The notes beneath the pieces were generated by a model. The model was given only the letters and a program-made list of their open reading frames with translations, ran no database searches and was not told the origin of the DNA. A stretch of 64,000 nucleotides of DNA, from NCBI GenBank assembly GCA_973895155.1, contig OZ316892.1, forward strand, positions 6,803,251-6,867,250, written 5' to 3'. The position numbers and the translations under genes are program-made. This document shows positions 1-12,110 of this stretch, piece after piece (within the stretch, counting starts at the first letter, position 1; each line of letters opens with the position of its first letter). The DNA comes from Marsupella aquatica. Lineage: Eukaryota > Plantae > Marchantiophyta.

Positions 1-2559
1 AATGATGGCATGCATGATGGGTTTGTTTATCATTCAAAGAATGTGAATAAGGTATATATTTTGGTCATATTTTTATTGTCCTCCCCTCTATTCATTTTCA
101 AAGAACAAGTAATCGGGGCCAGTAAAGTACAAGATGGGAAAGCAAAAGAGTTCCAAAGAGGACATATACCACACATAGAAAAGAGTCAAATGCAACCTGG
201 AAAAAAAAAAAGAGGAAAGAATCAAAAAGGGAAATTTTCAAACACTTCCCTAGTGGGGTGGTGGAATAAAGGTCCACAACTACAGCACATGTCACAAAAG
301 CTAATGGTCCTTATCTAGTATAGTAACTAAATCTGCAAGTGGGACGCAAATATATGTTCTCTATATAGGGGAGCAAGCCTCTGCTGAGGCACAATAACAC
401 CCATTATGAGAGATTGACAATAGATTGCTTGAGCTTCAGTATGTTAAAATGTCACTGAAATGTTCTGAGAAGTAAATTGAAAAGTTTGGTACAGCCATGA
501 AGCCCGCTCTGAAGTCAAAAGTTAATTAATAGCATAAGAGAGTCACAAAGAAAAATCTGTATAAATACCCCAAAACCCACAGCTCCGACCCTCCCAAGGG
601 GTAATAGGCTCTCAATTTATCTCCCACAATGCCCTTGGTATTGAAGGTTCAACTTGCCAACCTTAGGCCCCACACTAAGAAAACATGACTTCCTTGAGAA
701 AGGACCAAATCATGAAAAAGGGCTAAACAAAGTACAAAAGAGTAAACCCAAAAGCGGTCTGAAGAGGACAAAACACCAAACCGAAAAAAAGGGGGGCAAA
801 TGTTGAAGAGAAAAGGGACCAATTTACAAAAAAGTGCGAAACAAAGTACAAAGGGAGTAAAGCAAAAGGGGTACAAATAGAACAAACACCAAAGTCAAAA
901 ACCTAGAACGAAGAGATATATAAAAAAATAAACGACCTGCCACTCCACTACTCCAGTTGTGTGATATCTGCAGTAGAGGTACACATCTAGTGTGGACACT
1001 AGGTGTGCAAGTGGGACATGGATTAGAGATTTGGCTCTTCTGTCCTGGTTTTCGTAACACCCTCTTTCACAATGGAATATATTGGAAGGCCCGGTGCAAA
1101 ATCGACATTCGGCAAAGTAATCTGATTTGCGGAATACGTGATTGCCTTGCCGTGAAGCTTGTCCTCCTACGGATCTGGCAGCTTGTCCATCTTCGATGTC
1201 GAAATACAATTCTTTAATAAACTTACGTTCACAAATCACAATTGTATCGTGACTTCCGCCGGCGTTCAAGGAAATGTCCCTGTTTGATTCGCTTAGGGTC
1301 TCGATGGCAATGAACTCGTGACAGATTTCAATGAACGAAAGATGTTGTGAATCGGACAGCCTGATTTTCCAACTGACCATAGTGATGCCAACGAAGCTAG
1401 CGCAGTCGACGCAATGACGAATCGTCAAAACCAAGAAAGTTGTGGAAGGTTTACAGAGCAAGATTTCCAGCTGCAGCTCCCGGCTAAATCACACTAGAAG
1501 ACAGTATTTTCATCAGTATCATCAGAACAAACAATCCGTCAACCTGATCGATGCTAGAATTAGCAATTAATCCCTCAACCTGATCGATTCTAGAATTAGC
1601 AATTTTCCAGTACAGCACCATTGAATCAATCGATCGCTCAGCTTATTTTACCTTTGTTTCCGAGGTGTGGCTCGATCAGTGCCTTGAAAAGAATGCTGGA
1701 AGTTTAAAGATGAAGTCCTACAGTAAGTGATGTAAGGTACAACTGTTCAGAGTAGGATGGCATCTACTGTAGTGGTTTGTATCTGGGACTCCTGAATTGT
1801 TACGACCAAAACCATGGTATCTTTTGTTCATTGACGATGATTTTGCTGGTTCTGTCGCCTGTCCAGAGGACTAAAAATTGACGGACAGTTGTAAAATCTT
1901 ACATCCAGGGCTCTGGACCGAAGCAGTTCAGACAGATTGTCTCCTGTGAAGGAATATCAATTCTCGTTGGCACGCTTGCTACGAGACAATAAGTGAATCT
2001 TGGGGATTCGCGGGCTGCAAAGGATCATTCAAGATCTCTCAAAATGGAATCACCACGTTTGCCACTGGGCAATAAGTTCTGCTTCGGGAATCGTGGGCTG
2101 CAACGGATCACTCTCTCTCTCTCTAATCGACATGCAGTAGTACTGAGCAAGGAAAAAAGTTTCAGTCTGAATCTTACATCTACTCTGGCACAGTTCACTG
2201 CAGACATGTGGTCAGGAACCGCATATGCATCTCGTGGTTGATACTTTATGCTAGATGACGACGGTTCACGTGGTAAAACGAGACGCGGAAGAACGCAATC
2301 GCCATCATCACAATTTTTGAGGAATCGTCCCTTGTGCGCATGGAAAGCGTTTTTAAGAGGTTAATAACTTGGAGCTACAGTTGTCCGGCCTACTGGACAC
2401 GATTTGGGAACGACTACTCACGTTTGTTCTTACGTGGGTGCAAGCCTGCAAGGGAAGCCTGGTCGTTCGTATGTAATCATGATGCTCAGCCGATTGCAGT
2501 GAGCAATCCAGTGCCGGAAAAGTCAAGCTCGCCGCACCCCACCGCCCCGACAACCTGAT

Positions 2560-3030
2560 TAGCCGAGCAAGTAAGTTTGTCAAGTCATCAAATATGAGAT
2601 CTGCGCAGGGATCGTCATCACAGCGCTGCGCGTATCTTCTTCCTTGCTCAGACAAGGTCGTCACAAAGCGCATCATACGTATTGTCGGGCCTGCAGGTCT
2701 CTCCATCTGCAAATCGGCGGGTTCGAAGCGGTTGCTTGTGGAGATAGTCAATAGTGCAATACGTATACTCGTATAGAGATTACTGCGCGGTTCCCGGCGA
2801 CTGCTCCGTGAGCGCGATGTTCGTTGGAAAGTCAATAATGATGGACCACAAGACGCACAAGACGGAATCCGTCGACTGCATGAGCTCTAGCTCGCTAGGA
2901 AGTAAAAGTAGAACGGTCACCACTCTCATTGACTCCTTCGATCGAATCGAATTTATTCTCCACCTGCCACCGGGGCCAGGACACTTTGCGCTGCCCAGCC
3001 CTCCCTTTCGAAGCTTACCCGTGAAAAGCA
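2560..3030 (-). pseudogene. Possible second decayed kinase fragment
   Basis: Across frameshifts: FTGKLRKGGLGS, LYEY, IDYLHKQ, PICRWRDL/RPDN. Confidence 0.25.
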
Positions 3031-6000
3031 AGTACGTAACATATTGTACATAACTATCTTGCAGCTCGGTTTGATTCCCCAAATTAGCTAGAAAGGCAAC
3101 TACCAAGGAGGTCTGGTGGTTCCTAAGTGACATGCTGTACCGTCAATCAATCCATATCTCGACCCCAAACTACACCAGATACAGTTATTGGACACTCCAT
3201 GAATCCATGACCACCGACCGGTGTTGGACTTGTCCGGTCGAATGTTCAGTTGTTCGATCTTTACAAAATTGTGCCACGCTAGCTCCCCGGCTAGGTCATT
3301 AATGTGCTGTGACCGCGACGATCATTCCCTGTGCGTCGTAGAGTACTAGGGTTGTTGTCGATCACTCCGTCTGATGGATTTCGTTATACAGTTGTACCTT
3401 ACATACCTACAACTACCGTACTGCGTAAGGAACCCTGCTATGGCTGAAAGCCCATGGCAAACGTCTCATCAAATTAAGACTGTTTGAACTCAGACGTCTC
3501 ATTTGGCTCATCAAATCAGACGTTGAATTCTCTGAACTTTAATTTCTACGGAGTAACGTTATCTTTGAGTCTGCGCTCTCCGTGCTCCAACTGGCATGTT
3601 CCTCAGCAGACAGGCTGGGGAACGACGTGTGTTCTGAGTTGCTCGAATTTATCAGCAAGACAGTACGCTCGTTCGATCCATCCTTGAGCTCTACTTTACC
3701 GACGTCTCCAAGACCTATTGAGTTGTGTATCTGCAATCACTGGCATTGTGGCCGTCGATTATTCAGCCAGGATATATGATCCTTAGACCAATGAAATCTA
3801 ATTCAGGAATACCTGCATCGTTCTTGGTTCCGGAAACAATTCAGTCCTTCCGTCGAAACTATCATGGATCCCCCGATTTCGGAATCAAGCAGATCACCAT
3901 TCTTTCCGAATTATCATCCTGGATTCCCCGAATCCCCCGAATCCCATGTGCTGTTCTCAGGAAGGATCTTTCCAGGCTGTTCATGCAGCAAGTCCACTTC
4001 GACCGTGTCAGCGTCGTTGTCGTGGACGGACAAGGTCGCTTTTTCACTGGACGGAAGTTCTGTCTTTGAGACGGACAGACCGATGCTTCCGGTTAAGCAC
4101 ATTGATATTACCACGGAATGCTTCCATGTTCATAGCGCAATCAAGTGCTGCAAGTGTATTTCTGGAGATGAATCTGGCCAGATTGTAACCTGCTCTAAAG
4201 GAAATCCGACACGTCGTACCAGCGCTGAATGCTGTGAACAAACTGCTTTGCGCCAGCACAATTCCCGCACAATTGCAGATAGATTGTCAGTCAATTGGAA
4301 TTGATTAGTCTTGGTTTGAAGTGATGCGCAGTACTTCACTTACCACTAGCGGCTACCGAAAGCATTCATCATTCCCTTACATCGGAGGAAATGAAAAATC
4401 CCTTGCCGCGCAATACAATAGCAAACTAACTCTGTTAGTTTGAACTATCTGAATGATGAAATGCGATCATTGGAATAGTAGTGCTTTCTCTAGAACGTTC
4501 GAAATCTTTGACTGTATATCTCGACTAGATCCAGGTTTCTATTTGTAATTCAAATTCAGGTTTGCAGCCGCTATACTTGCTCTTGGAGAGATGGTCTGAG
4601 TGAGAGTTGATACCATACTCAACTTGGCGTGGGCTGGGGTCCGAGTTCACCTCCAGATCGTCTCAAAACCTGGACCCACTTTCATCATGGCAGTCGCCAC
4701 GGAGAAATAGACAATTGCGAGAAGGAGATATGTGGACGAATGGATCAAGTAAGAATCTTATCTTGTCTTGAGTATCCGGTATAGTCCATGCACCTTTTCC
4801 AATCCGTCCACAAAGATTCTGACTAAGTTGTTCCATTTTTTTGTCTCTTCCAAACAAACCCACTTGTTCGCAACTCTGTGAACGATAATTGATTTGGATC
4901 ATTGATTGAATAATCCCATATATGAATTAACGCAGTTACCGTGTGGGCCCATGCTAGTCAGAGAATAAGTTTTGCTTGTTGAGGATCTCGACACAAGGAA
5001 ACGGTGAGTCTTCAAGGTTTAGAAATGATGATTGTTTAGGGTGAAGCAATTCATTTTGGTGTGAAGCAATTCATAACGTTCGCTTTTTCCCCCTTTCCCT
5101 CTTGCCCGATCATTCCTGGTGTGTCGACGTGATGTGGCAAACCACCTCCTACCTCCTGGTCAGACCCAATCACTTTTTAGGCCAGAGCCACTGTACGTAT
5201 TAAGTTTTTGATCACCAAAAGCTATCTAAATACTCTCGGAAACTACCCGTGACACTGGTGAGTCCGACCTACTCTCAAGTTGGGTTTCTTAGAGATCTTC
5301 CCGGGACATCGGTGAGTCCGACCTACTCTCGATTTCCGACCTACTCTCGATTTGCTGAAAGTGTGACGTCTGAATTTGTCTCAAGCTACTTCTATTTCTT
5401 CGAGAGTTGAAGTGTGCCTTGATTAGAGTTGACACGATCGATTGCATGAACTGCTGACGAGTCGGACAAAAATGGTACTACATTGCATTGGTGAGGGGGA
5501 GGGGGGTGAAGAAGGAATGACTAGCCAGGGATGAAAACAAGACTGCTGGCCTGCTTGGCCAGGTAGCCCTCAAAGTCTCTTTAGCCATGACCTGAGACCA
5601 CATTGATTTGAAAATGTCGGCTGCGCACGTGGGTTCCAGCTAAAGGGTGATAAAAGCCACGGGAATCATGCCCTCGGTGGTCCTTGTTGGCCATTTTTTC
5701 GTGTTGTGTGGCCGCATCTTTTTGCTTTGACCAGTCCGATAGCAAAGCAAGTATTTAAAGCACTCGCCTATGAACATGGGAACCTTGTCGTTCTAGGTGA
5801 TGATGCAATTTGGTAATTTGGTCGCTTCCAAAAACGTAGGCCTTTTCACATGGAGAGTATCTGAGTACAATCTATGACTCCTCCTCACCTGGCTACTTTG
5901 TATCATAGGTTGGTGGGAAGTTCGGCTGACGGAGAGAGATTGAACTCTAAAAGCTAGAAGCCGTGCCTATCTGATCCTATAGATTTGAGCACATGTCTGG

Positions 6001-6524
6001 ATCGATCGCTTACCTAAACTGAAAGGTGATGATCATTTCACATCGCCCTGGCAATGGTAAGTTGAACTTCATGATACCTTCAAAAAAATTGAGCATATTC
6101 TTGTACGTGTAGTTTGTCAAAGCATATCGACAATATTTCATTGTTTATGCTCTCCTCCTGACTGCACTTCTCTAACTGTCATGGCACACAATAACCATGA
6201 GATACGGTGGCCGCACACAAACGAGGTAAATGCAATTTGTTTCTAAGATTCAGATCTCAGTCTTGTTCAGACATATGTTTGCAACACATGATTTTCCTGA
6301 AAACATCCCGTAGCTAGCTAGCTTCGATTGCAAATGGAAAGCCACAAAACACGCCGAAAAGTGAGGGTTTGTCCACTTACAGCTGATTGTTGAGCATGGG
6401 AAAAAGGAGCAACATCAAAAGAAAGTGACATAGGCCGCGCGTGGACCATAGCAATACCTCGAGTCTTCAAAAGACGACGATCACGCCTCAAAGCATTCAG
6501 AGTAACTTTTTCAGAAAGAAAGGA

Positions 6525-6880
6525 AATAATTTCGAGCCATGAAAAGCTAGCGAGGTGATCGAACATCTTTACATTGAACATGCGACTGTCGATTTATGCG
6601 TTGGGATTCAAACCAAAATCGTGCAGTTTATCACCGTGATCGTAGTTCAGGAGATAGGATTGTCTGGTAGCTTGAGGCAGTGGTTGGTATCTGGAGGACA
6701 GGGATGGCGGCGAATGGCAAACTATTATTTGAAGATTCTTGATTTCCGGGATCTAGATATGAAATTCTTTCAATTTATACATCATGAGACAACTGCCCCA
6801 GGCTTCAGCTCTGAATGGACCAGCAAGTTAGTGATGAACTCCAAAGGAAACCCTGTTCAAAATTTCCTGTGTCGAGCTTA
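6525..6880 (-). pseudogene. Possible heavily decayed protein kinase (RLK/Pelle-like) fragment
   Basis: Across frameshifts, in kinase order: HPCPP..HCLKLPDN, LLNYDHGDKLHDFGL, KDVRS, LEIIS. Confidence 0.3.
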
Positions 6881-8979
6881 GGACTTTAATCTGACAGAGT
6901 CCAGAAGTCGAACAGCTGCTGTAAGCACTAAAGGCATTCATTAAGACACAATCCACCTCTGTCGCTGAAATGCAGCAAGGAAATCACTTTTCTTTTTCTA
7001 AATTCGCGAGAGTGAAGCAAGGATGCACCTTCACGTTGCTAATGAACCCTATGGATTGCTAAAGTTATGGTGGAATTGCTCATAACATTTGACTTGATTC
7101 ACATAATATTGTTTATACTTTTGACTCAAATATGGCCTGTAAATGGTCTTCTTACATTTTCAGCGGGTTTCTGTAACATTACTGAACCGGTCTCCTCTAG
7201 GTTGGCAACTTGACTACCTTTCAATTGACCCACATGAGGTTTCCAAGTGTAAAGTAAAATCATGATTTAGAATATTTGACCATGAAATGGAGCAAATCAT
7301 CTTCCATAAGTCTCAAACTTTGTGAGGGTAATGGATTGGACATAATAGACCATAATATTTTACCATCTTTGTGTTCATCTGAAATGGAGCAAATCATCTT
7401 CTATAAGTCTCAATCTTTGTCTGACTGGCAATGGCTTGGACATAAGTCACCCTCGAAGTGACCATCCTGGAAAAGATTGGGCTTAAACGGAGATCCAAAA
7501 GTCATTCAAATAAATTGATCCATCTGCCAAATTCAAAAGTAAGGTTTATGTTGCCAACAGTTGATGACTTTGACAACCTTCTTGACATTCTCACTTTCGC
7601 TTCGTCCACACCTGCTCACACTGGTAAGTCATCAAGAGGCCATGCACATTTTGAAAATGTGCTATGTACTTGTGAAGTTACTTTGTGACTAATTGACAAT
7701 TTTGTTCAGAAGTGTGCTCAAGTCTGTGATATGGGAGCTATGGAGTGATGCCGGGGACAGAGTGACGCAAATATTTTTATCACCGGTCCATCTCATTGAT
7801 CCTATTTGCTTGCTTTCAATGGCAGTGAGATTGGATTCTCCAGGCAACACTAGACTGAACTAAGATCATTTTCAAAAAAAGTGACTTGATATCTTGAGTA
7901 CTTGCTCCACAGGGTAGCCAAAGTTTTCAACTGCAAACCGCCATGAGTTTTTTGTTCTTGTTTTGGTGTAACTAAACTTAGTGATTGCTTTCATGGAGTC
8001 CATTGGGATGGGTGGGGAATCCATCTCACTGCAATTAAAAGCAAGCAATTGTCTTTCCTTCAATCCGCACTCCAGATTCCAAATTTGGAGATGCCAATGA
8101 GTTGATTGAAGGAAAGACACTGAACTGGATAATTGCAAACTTTGGTCTTCCAATGGTCGACTGGCAACAGTGACAGTCATGAAGACAAAGCAAACCTGGG
8201 TGCAATTGAAACCACATATGCAGCTTCCTTGCCAATCTTTTACTAGCTAATTGAACACATTTCCTCCGCAACATATGCACAACATCATTACATAGCTAGA
8301 TCAATTGAACTTTTAACCCAATAAATTGTGCACTGTCTGGTCATATAACTCAGACCATTGACTAGCTAGTCTAACAGTCCTATGCTCACCCCAAGCCAGA
8401 CTGCTCTGATTGGAATTTGTTGCTGGGAAGCAAGATTCATAGGATGTCAAGTTAAACTACATAATAACTATATAATTGAGAAGTGAGACTGACTGTGGGG
8501 CTTCATTGAAGTTGGGGATTGGGGCAGGATGAGGTGCTGAAAATGGCCTATCATGTGAAAAGTTACTTGAAACCAGATGAACTTGAAGGAGGGGCCCTTC
8601 CCCCTTCTTCTTCCTTCCCTTTATGGGGTTGCATTACCTTTGGGATCATGTTTCCTGGTTTGTTGCTTTTGTTGCTTGGCAATGTGATGTACATAGTTGG
8701 ACGTGACTTAATGAACAAGTGATGGGCCCAAATGTCCATACCTATATTTATGTTCAAAGGACAAGCAGTCTAGTGGGTCTATGTCCACCCTGCAAAGTGC
8801 CATTAGCTATTGAAGTGCCAAGAAACCAGACAGTAATTGAAAATTTAAATAGAGAATCAAATGAAGAATTCTTAATTCTAACCTGAGTCAGACAAATAAT
8901 CCCCGTGCTAACATCAGTCTAACACATGTACATGACCGTAAACTTATCAGAGCAAAGACTCATAGTAATGTTCGTGGAG

Positions 8980-9270
8980 CATGGGTCTATTCAAATGGTA
9001 AAATTAGCTGACCATGAATCCATAGTAAAAGTAGTGGACGCATAGTAAAGTTTGATATAGTACGGGTCCAATGGTAAATTAGCTGAGCATAAACTATGTA
9101 GTCAACTAGCAGCATAGATCCATGCTCATATAGTAAAGTACGTTGATGGAATAGGGGTCCAATGGTAACATTACTTGGGCATAGATCCCATAGTCAACAA
9201 AGCAGCATAGAGTGATGCTAAATTAGTTTAGTAGGGTTATTCAAGATTAGATATTTACGGGTCCAATTAG
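8980..9270. repeat. Degenerate tandem repeat, unit about 80-100 bp
   Basis: Recurring GGGTCCAATGGTAAA(T)TTAGCTGA..CATAG in 3-4 copies. Confidence 0.65.
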
Positions 9271-10377
9271 AGACCTTGGTAAATCTATAAATTTTGTTAT
9301 TCTCAACTACTTTCTTCCACAGTCATAAGGAGAGCACTTTATAAATGCTGTATTAAAGCAATATTTTTTGCTGAGTCCTCCTTGGATGTTGGGTTACTTT
9401 AAGGGATCAGTTGAGATGTGTATCAATTGGGATGTCTTTTCATAAAGACACCCTTGAGACCTGATCTTTCGCACAAAAATAGAGGTAATAACATAAAATC
9501 CTGTGAGCCATTTTTTAAGACTCACCCTCATCCTGCCTCCCATTTTCACTCGCCACCCAACTTCAGTTCTGCCCCCATAGTCATGATGTTGAGGTTTTCA
9601 CTCTTGACGGTAGGCCCTGAAAAGTATATTGTGATTGCAATTATATACTTTGTTAGATTGTCACTACATCTTCATTGAGATCATTTAAAGATATTGGAAC
9701 ATGAGACAAAGGTTCTTTTCTATGTGTGAGTGTATGTTCTAAACTTCGTCCATGTTAAAGCTTGAATGATGTTGTTCATCACAAAAATCATTGTGTGTCA
9801 TTTTGATGTTTATTTACTGTAGAATAGATGAGTGCAAATTTCTACATCCGTTTGATGTCATTTCTATGACACCCAATCAACAATTTTCACCTAAATATTG
9901 GATACACAATCACATTGACATTAAACATGTATGCATTTAATAATGCAAAATGGAGGGCAATATCCAAGATGCTTGTCAATTTGATGTACATTTCTTACAC
10001 TGACAAAACTGGATATCAAATGGATACACAATACACTTTTGTGATGTTCAAGTTTGTATGAGATTGAAGCCTTTTTACTCTAAGATCATGTCATTGTAGT
10101 TGACATGTCTATTTCCTATATCCTATGCAAGCTTGGGTTGGGATGGAGAATAAACCCAATTTATTATTATTCTCGGGGCCATTGAGAAGGGTGGTGGCAC
10201 AAGGAACACTTTGTAAATTCACAAACTTTAGGAATATTTGGGTACTAGCCTGATTAACCATTCCTCAGTTGAACATAAATAGAGATGAGAGTAAATACAA
10301 ATCTTTCAGACTAGTTTTCCTCATCATTCCCCTAGCCAATTGACCTAAGCCAATCTCAGTAGGTGGGATGGGTTCAG

Positions 10378-10442
10378 TGGAGGGGGGATTGAACCTGGGA
10401 CCTCTCAGTTGCAGGCAAATCCCTAGCCAATTGACCTAAGCC
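10378..10442 (-). pseudogene. tRNA-Cys(GCA)-like head (tRNA pseudogene or SINE head)
   Basis: Minus strand GGCTTAGGTCAATTGGCTAGGGATTTGCCTGCAACTGAGAGGTCCCAGGTTCAATCCCC has an A-box-like TAGGTCAATTGG, a CTGCAA anticodon-like loop and a B-box GGTTCAATCC. The acceptor stem is not intact. Confidence 0.55.
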
Positions 10443-10599
10443 AATTGGTTGATATTTGGTATCTTAGCACTGAGTAAGACCGGTGGTAGATAATAACATG
10501 CACCCTAAGATTGAATTTGGTACTCATTTCATATACATTACAATCAATATGTAATGCCAAGGAGCATCTCATACATTTGGGAATATGAGAGTACCATTG

Positions 10600-11480
10600 T
10601 GATCCCACCATAGGGAGGATGTACAGTTCAAAATGTAGATTTTATCAAGCTCATCGTTACAAAAGATTCACATCTAGAAATACTTCTTAAGTTTAAAAAA
10701 TCAGCAAGAAATAGGTGTTTAGGGTAAAAGGGTCCCAATAGAAAGGAAGTGCAAGAGCCTGATGGGTAGGTCACCGACATTAGTTCACCATTAGGCACCT
10801 ATAATTCAAAACGTAGATGATTGTTTTCCTTGAAAGGAACACACTTACTTATATGAAAAGTAGATCCCAATAAAAAAATGGGAGTAAACCGGCCAGACCA
10901 AGAAGGTCAAAAGGTCAAAAGGCTCAAAATGTAGATTTCATCAAGCTCTTGAGCCCTAAGCTCTACAAATACTCATATAGATCTAGAAATAGGTGATATT
11001 TTAGAAATCACCAAAATGGATTGTAGGTTAAGAGAGTCCTAGGATGGAAAGTCAATGGGAGAGCCTGCTAGGTTGGTCTTATTAGTTCACAATAGGAGGC
11101 TATCTACGGCTCAAAATGAAAGGTTTGTTTTTTTATCTCTCGAGCTCTATGTTCCACACAAACTACTTTTCACTTCTACATGCAGTACTTACTTTTAAAT
11201 TTTAAGAATAACAACGTCTTAGAGTACAGCCGACCTATGATGGAAAGTGAGAGGGGGAGTCTCCTGGGTAGGTCTCATTAGTGCACACGAGAGAGAGAGA
11301 GAGAGATAATGTATAATTAGTTGGGAGCTCTAGGCTACATAAAGAATCGTATCAGAAACTATTACATTTCTTTTAAGAAATAATTATTGCATTGTTTTAA
11401 GGTATAAGGGTCCTATAATGGGAAGAGAGTGGGAGAGCCTCCTGGGTAGATCTATAGTTCACCATAGGGGCCATCTATAT
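10600..11480. repeat. Degenerate tandem array of a dispersed repeat (core GGTCCTATGATGGGAAGTGAGTGGGAGAGCC..GTTCACC)
   Basis: At least four diverged copies near 10730, 11035, 11233 and 11408; the same motif recurs at 33822-33985. Confidence 0.7.
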
Positions 11481-11765
11481 CTGACATTTCAGATTTCACT
11501 CTTGAGACCAAAATAACAATGATTTATGCATGTTAAATGATTGTAACACTCATTTATAAATAAAGCCCAAAATTGTCTTCTTTTGAATTAGTGTATCACT
11601 TATTATATGAGTCACATGTTTGATGGACTCCCAAAATAACATGTGTTATTTGATGGGACCCTTTAGTGATCCAGGCCATTGATAGATCTTTAATTGATGC
11701 ACCCAAAACCTCATGGGGTTGGTTGGAGAGACGAGTTTGATTGAGGGGTTGATCAAGCAAATAAC

Positions 11766-12110
11766 TGTTGAGCATAGACGATGATCGCAACGGCAAGCCC
11801 ATGAACCATCCAACGCACAATAGTCAACATAGAGAGATATGTGGTTCACCTCCACATGAGGCTACGTCCACGGGAACACACATGAGCTTTATTGCACTCT
11901 AGGCCAACTGGCCATACCAAGCATCCACATCGCAAGCTCTCTCTATCTCTCAACTAGCTCCGTAACAATGAGCCTGAGTTCCCCCTCTCCAAGCAAACAC
12001 CGCTTGGTTATAGAGTGTGCATAGAATGACTAACCTAACCAAGTCTATGACTAAGGTTAGCCTTAACTACGGTCCAGTCGTAACTCTAGACCTAAGAGTA
12101 AATCCTAATA
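11766..12110 (-). repeat. 3' LTR of the copia element (345 bp)
   Basis: Begins TGTTG directly after the TSD and abuts the PPT; 11830-12110 aligns without gaps to 15182-15462. Confidence 0.92.

Noticed and set aside
640-1070. Possible LINE 3' end on the minus strand (T-rich tract after ..YCRYHTTGVVEW)
   Set aside because: Composition is suggestive only; no diagnostic motif, tail or TSD could be defined.
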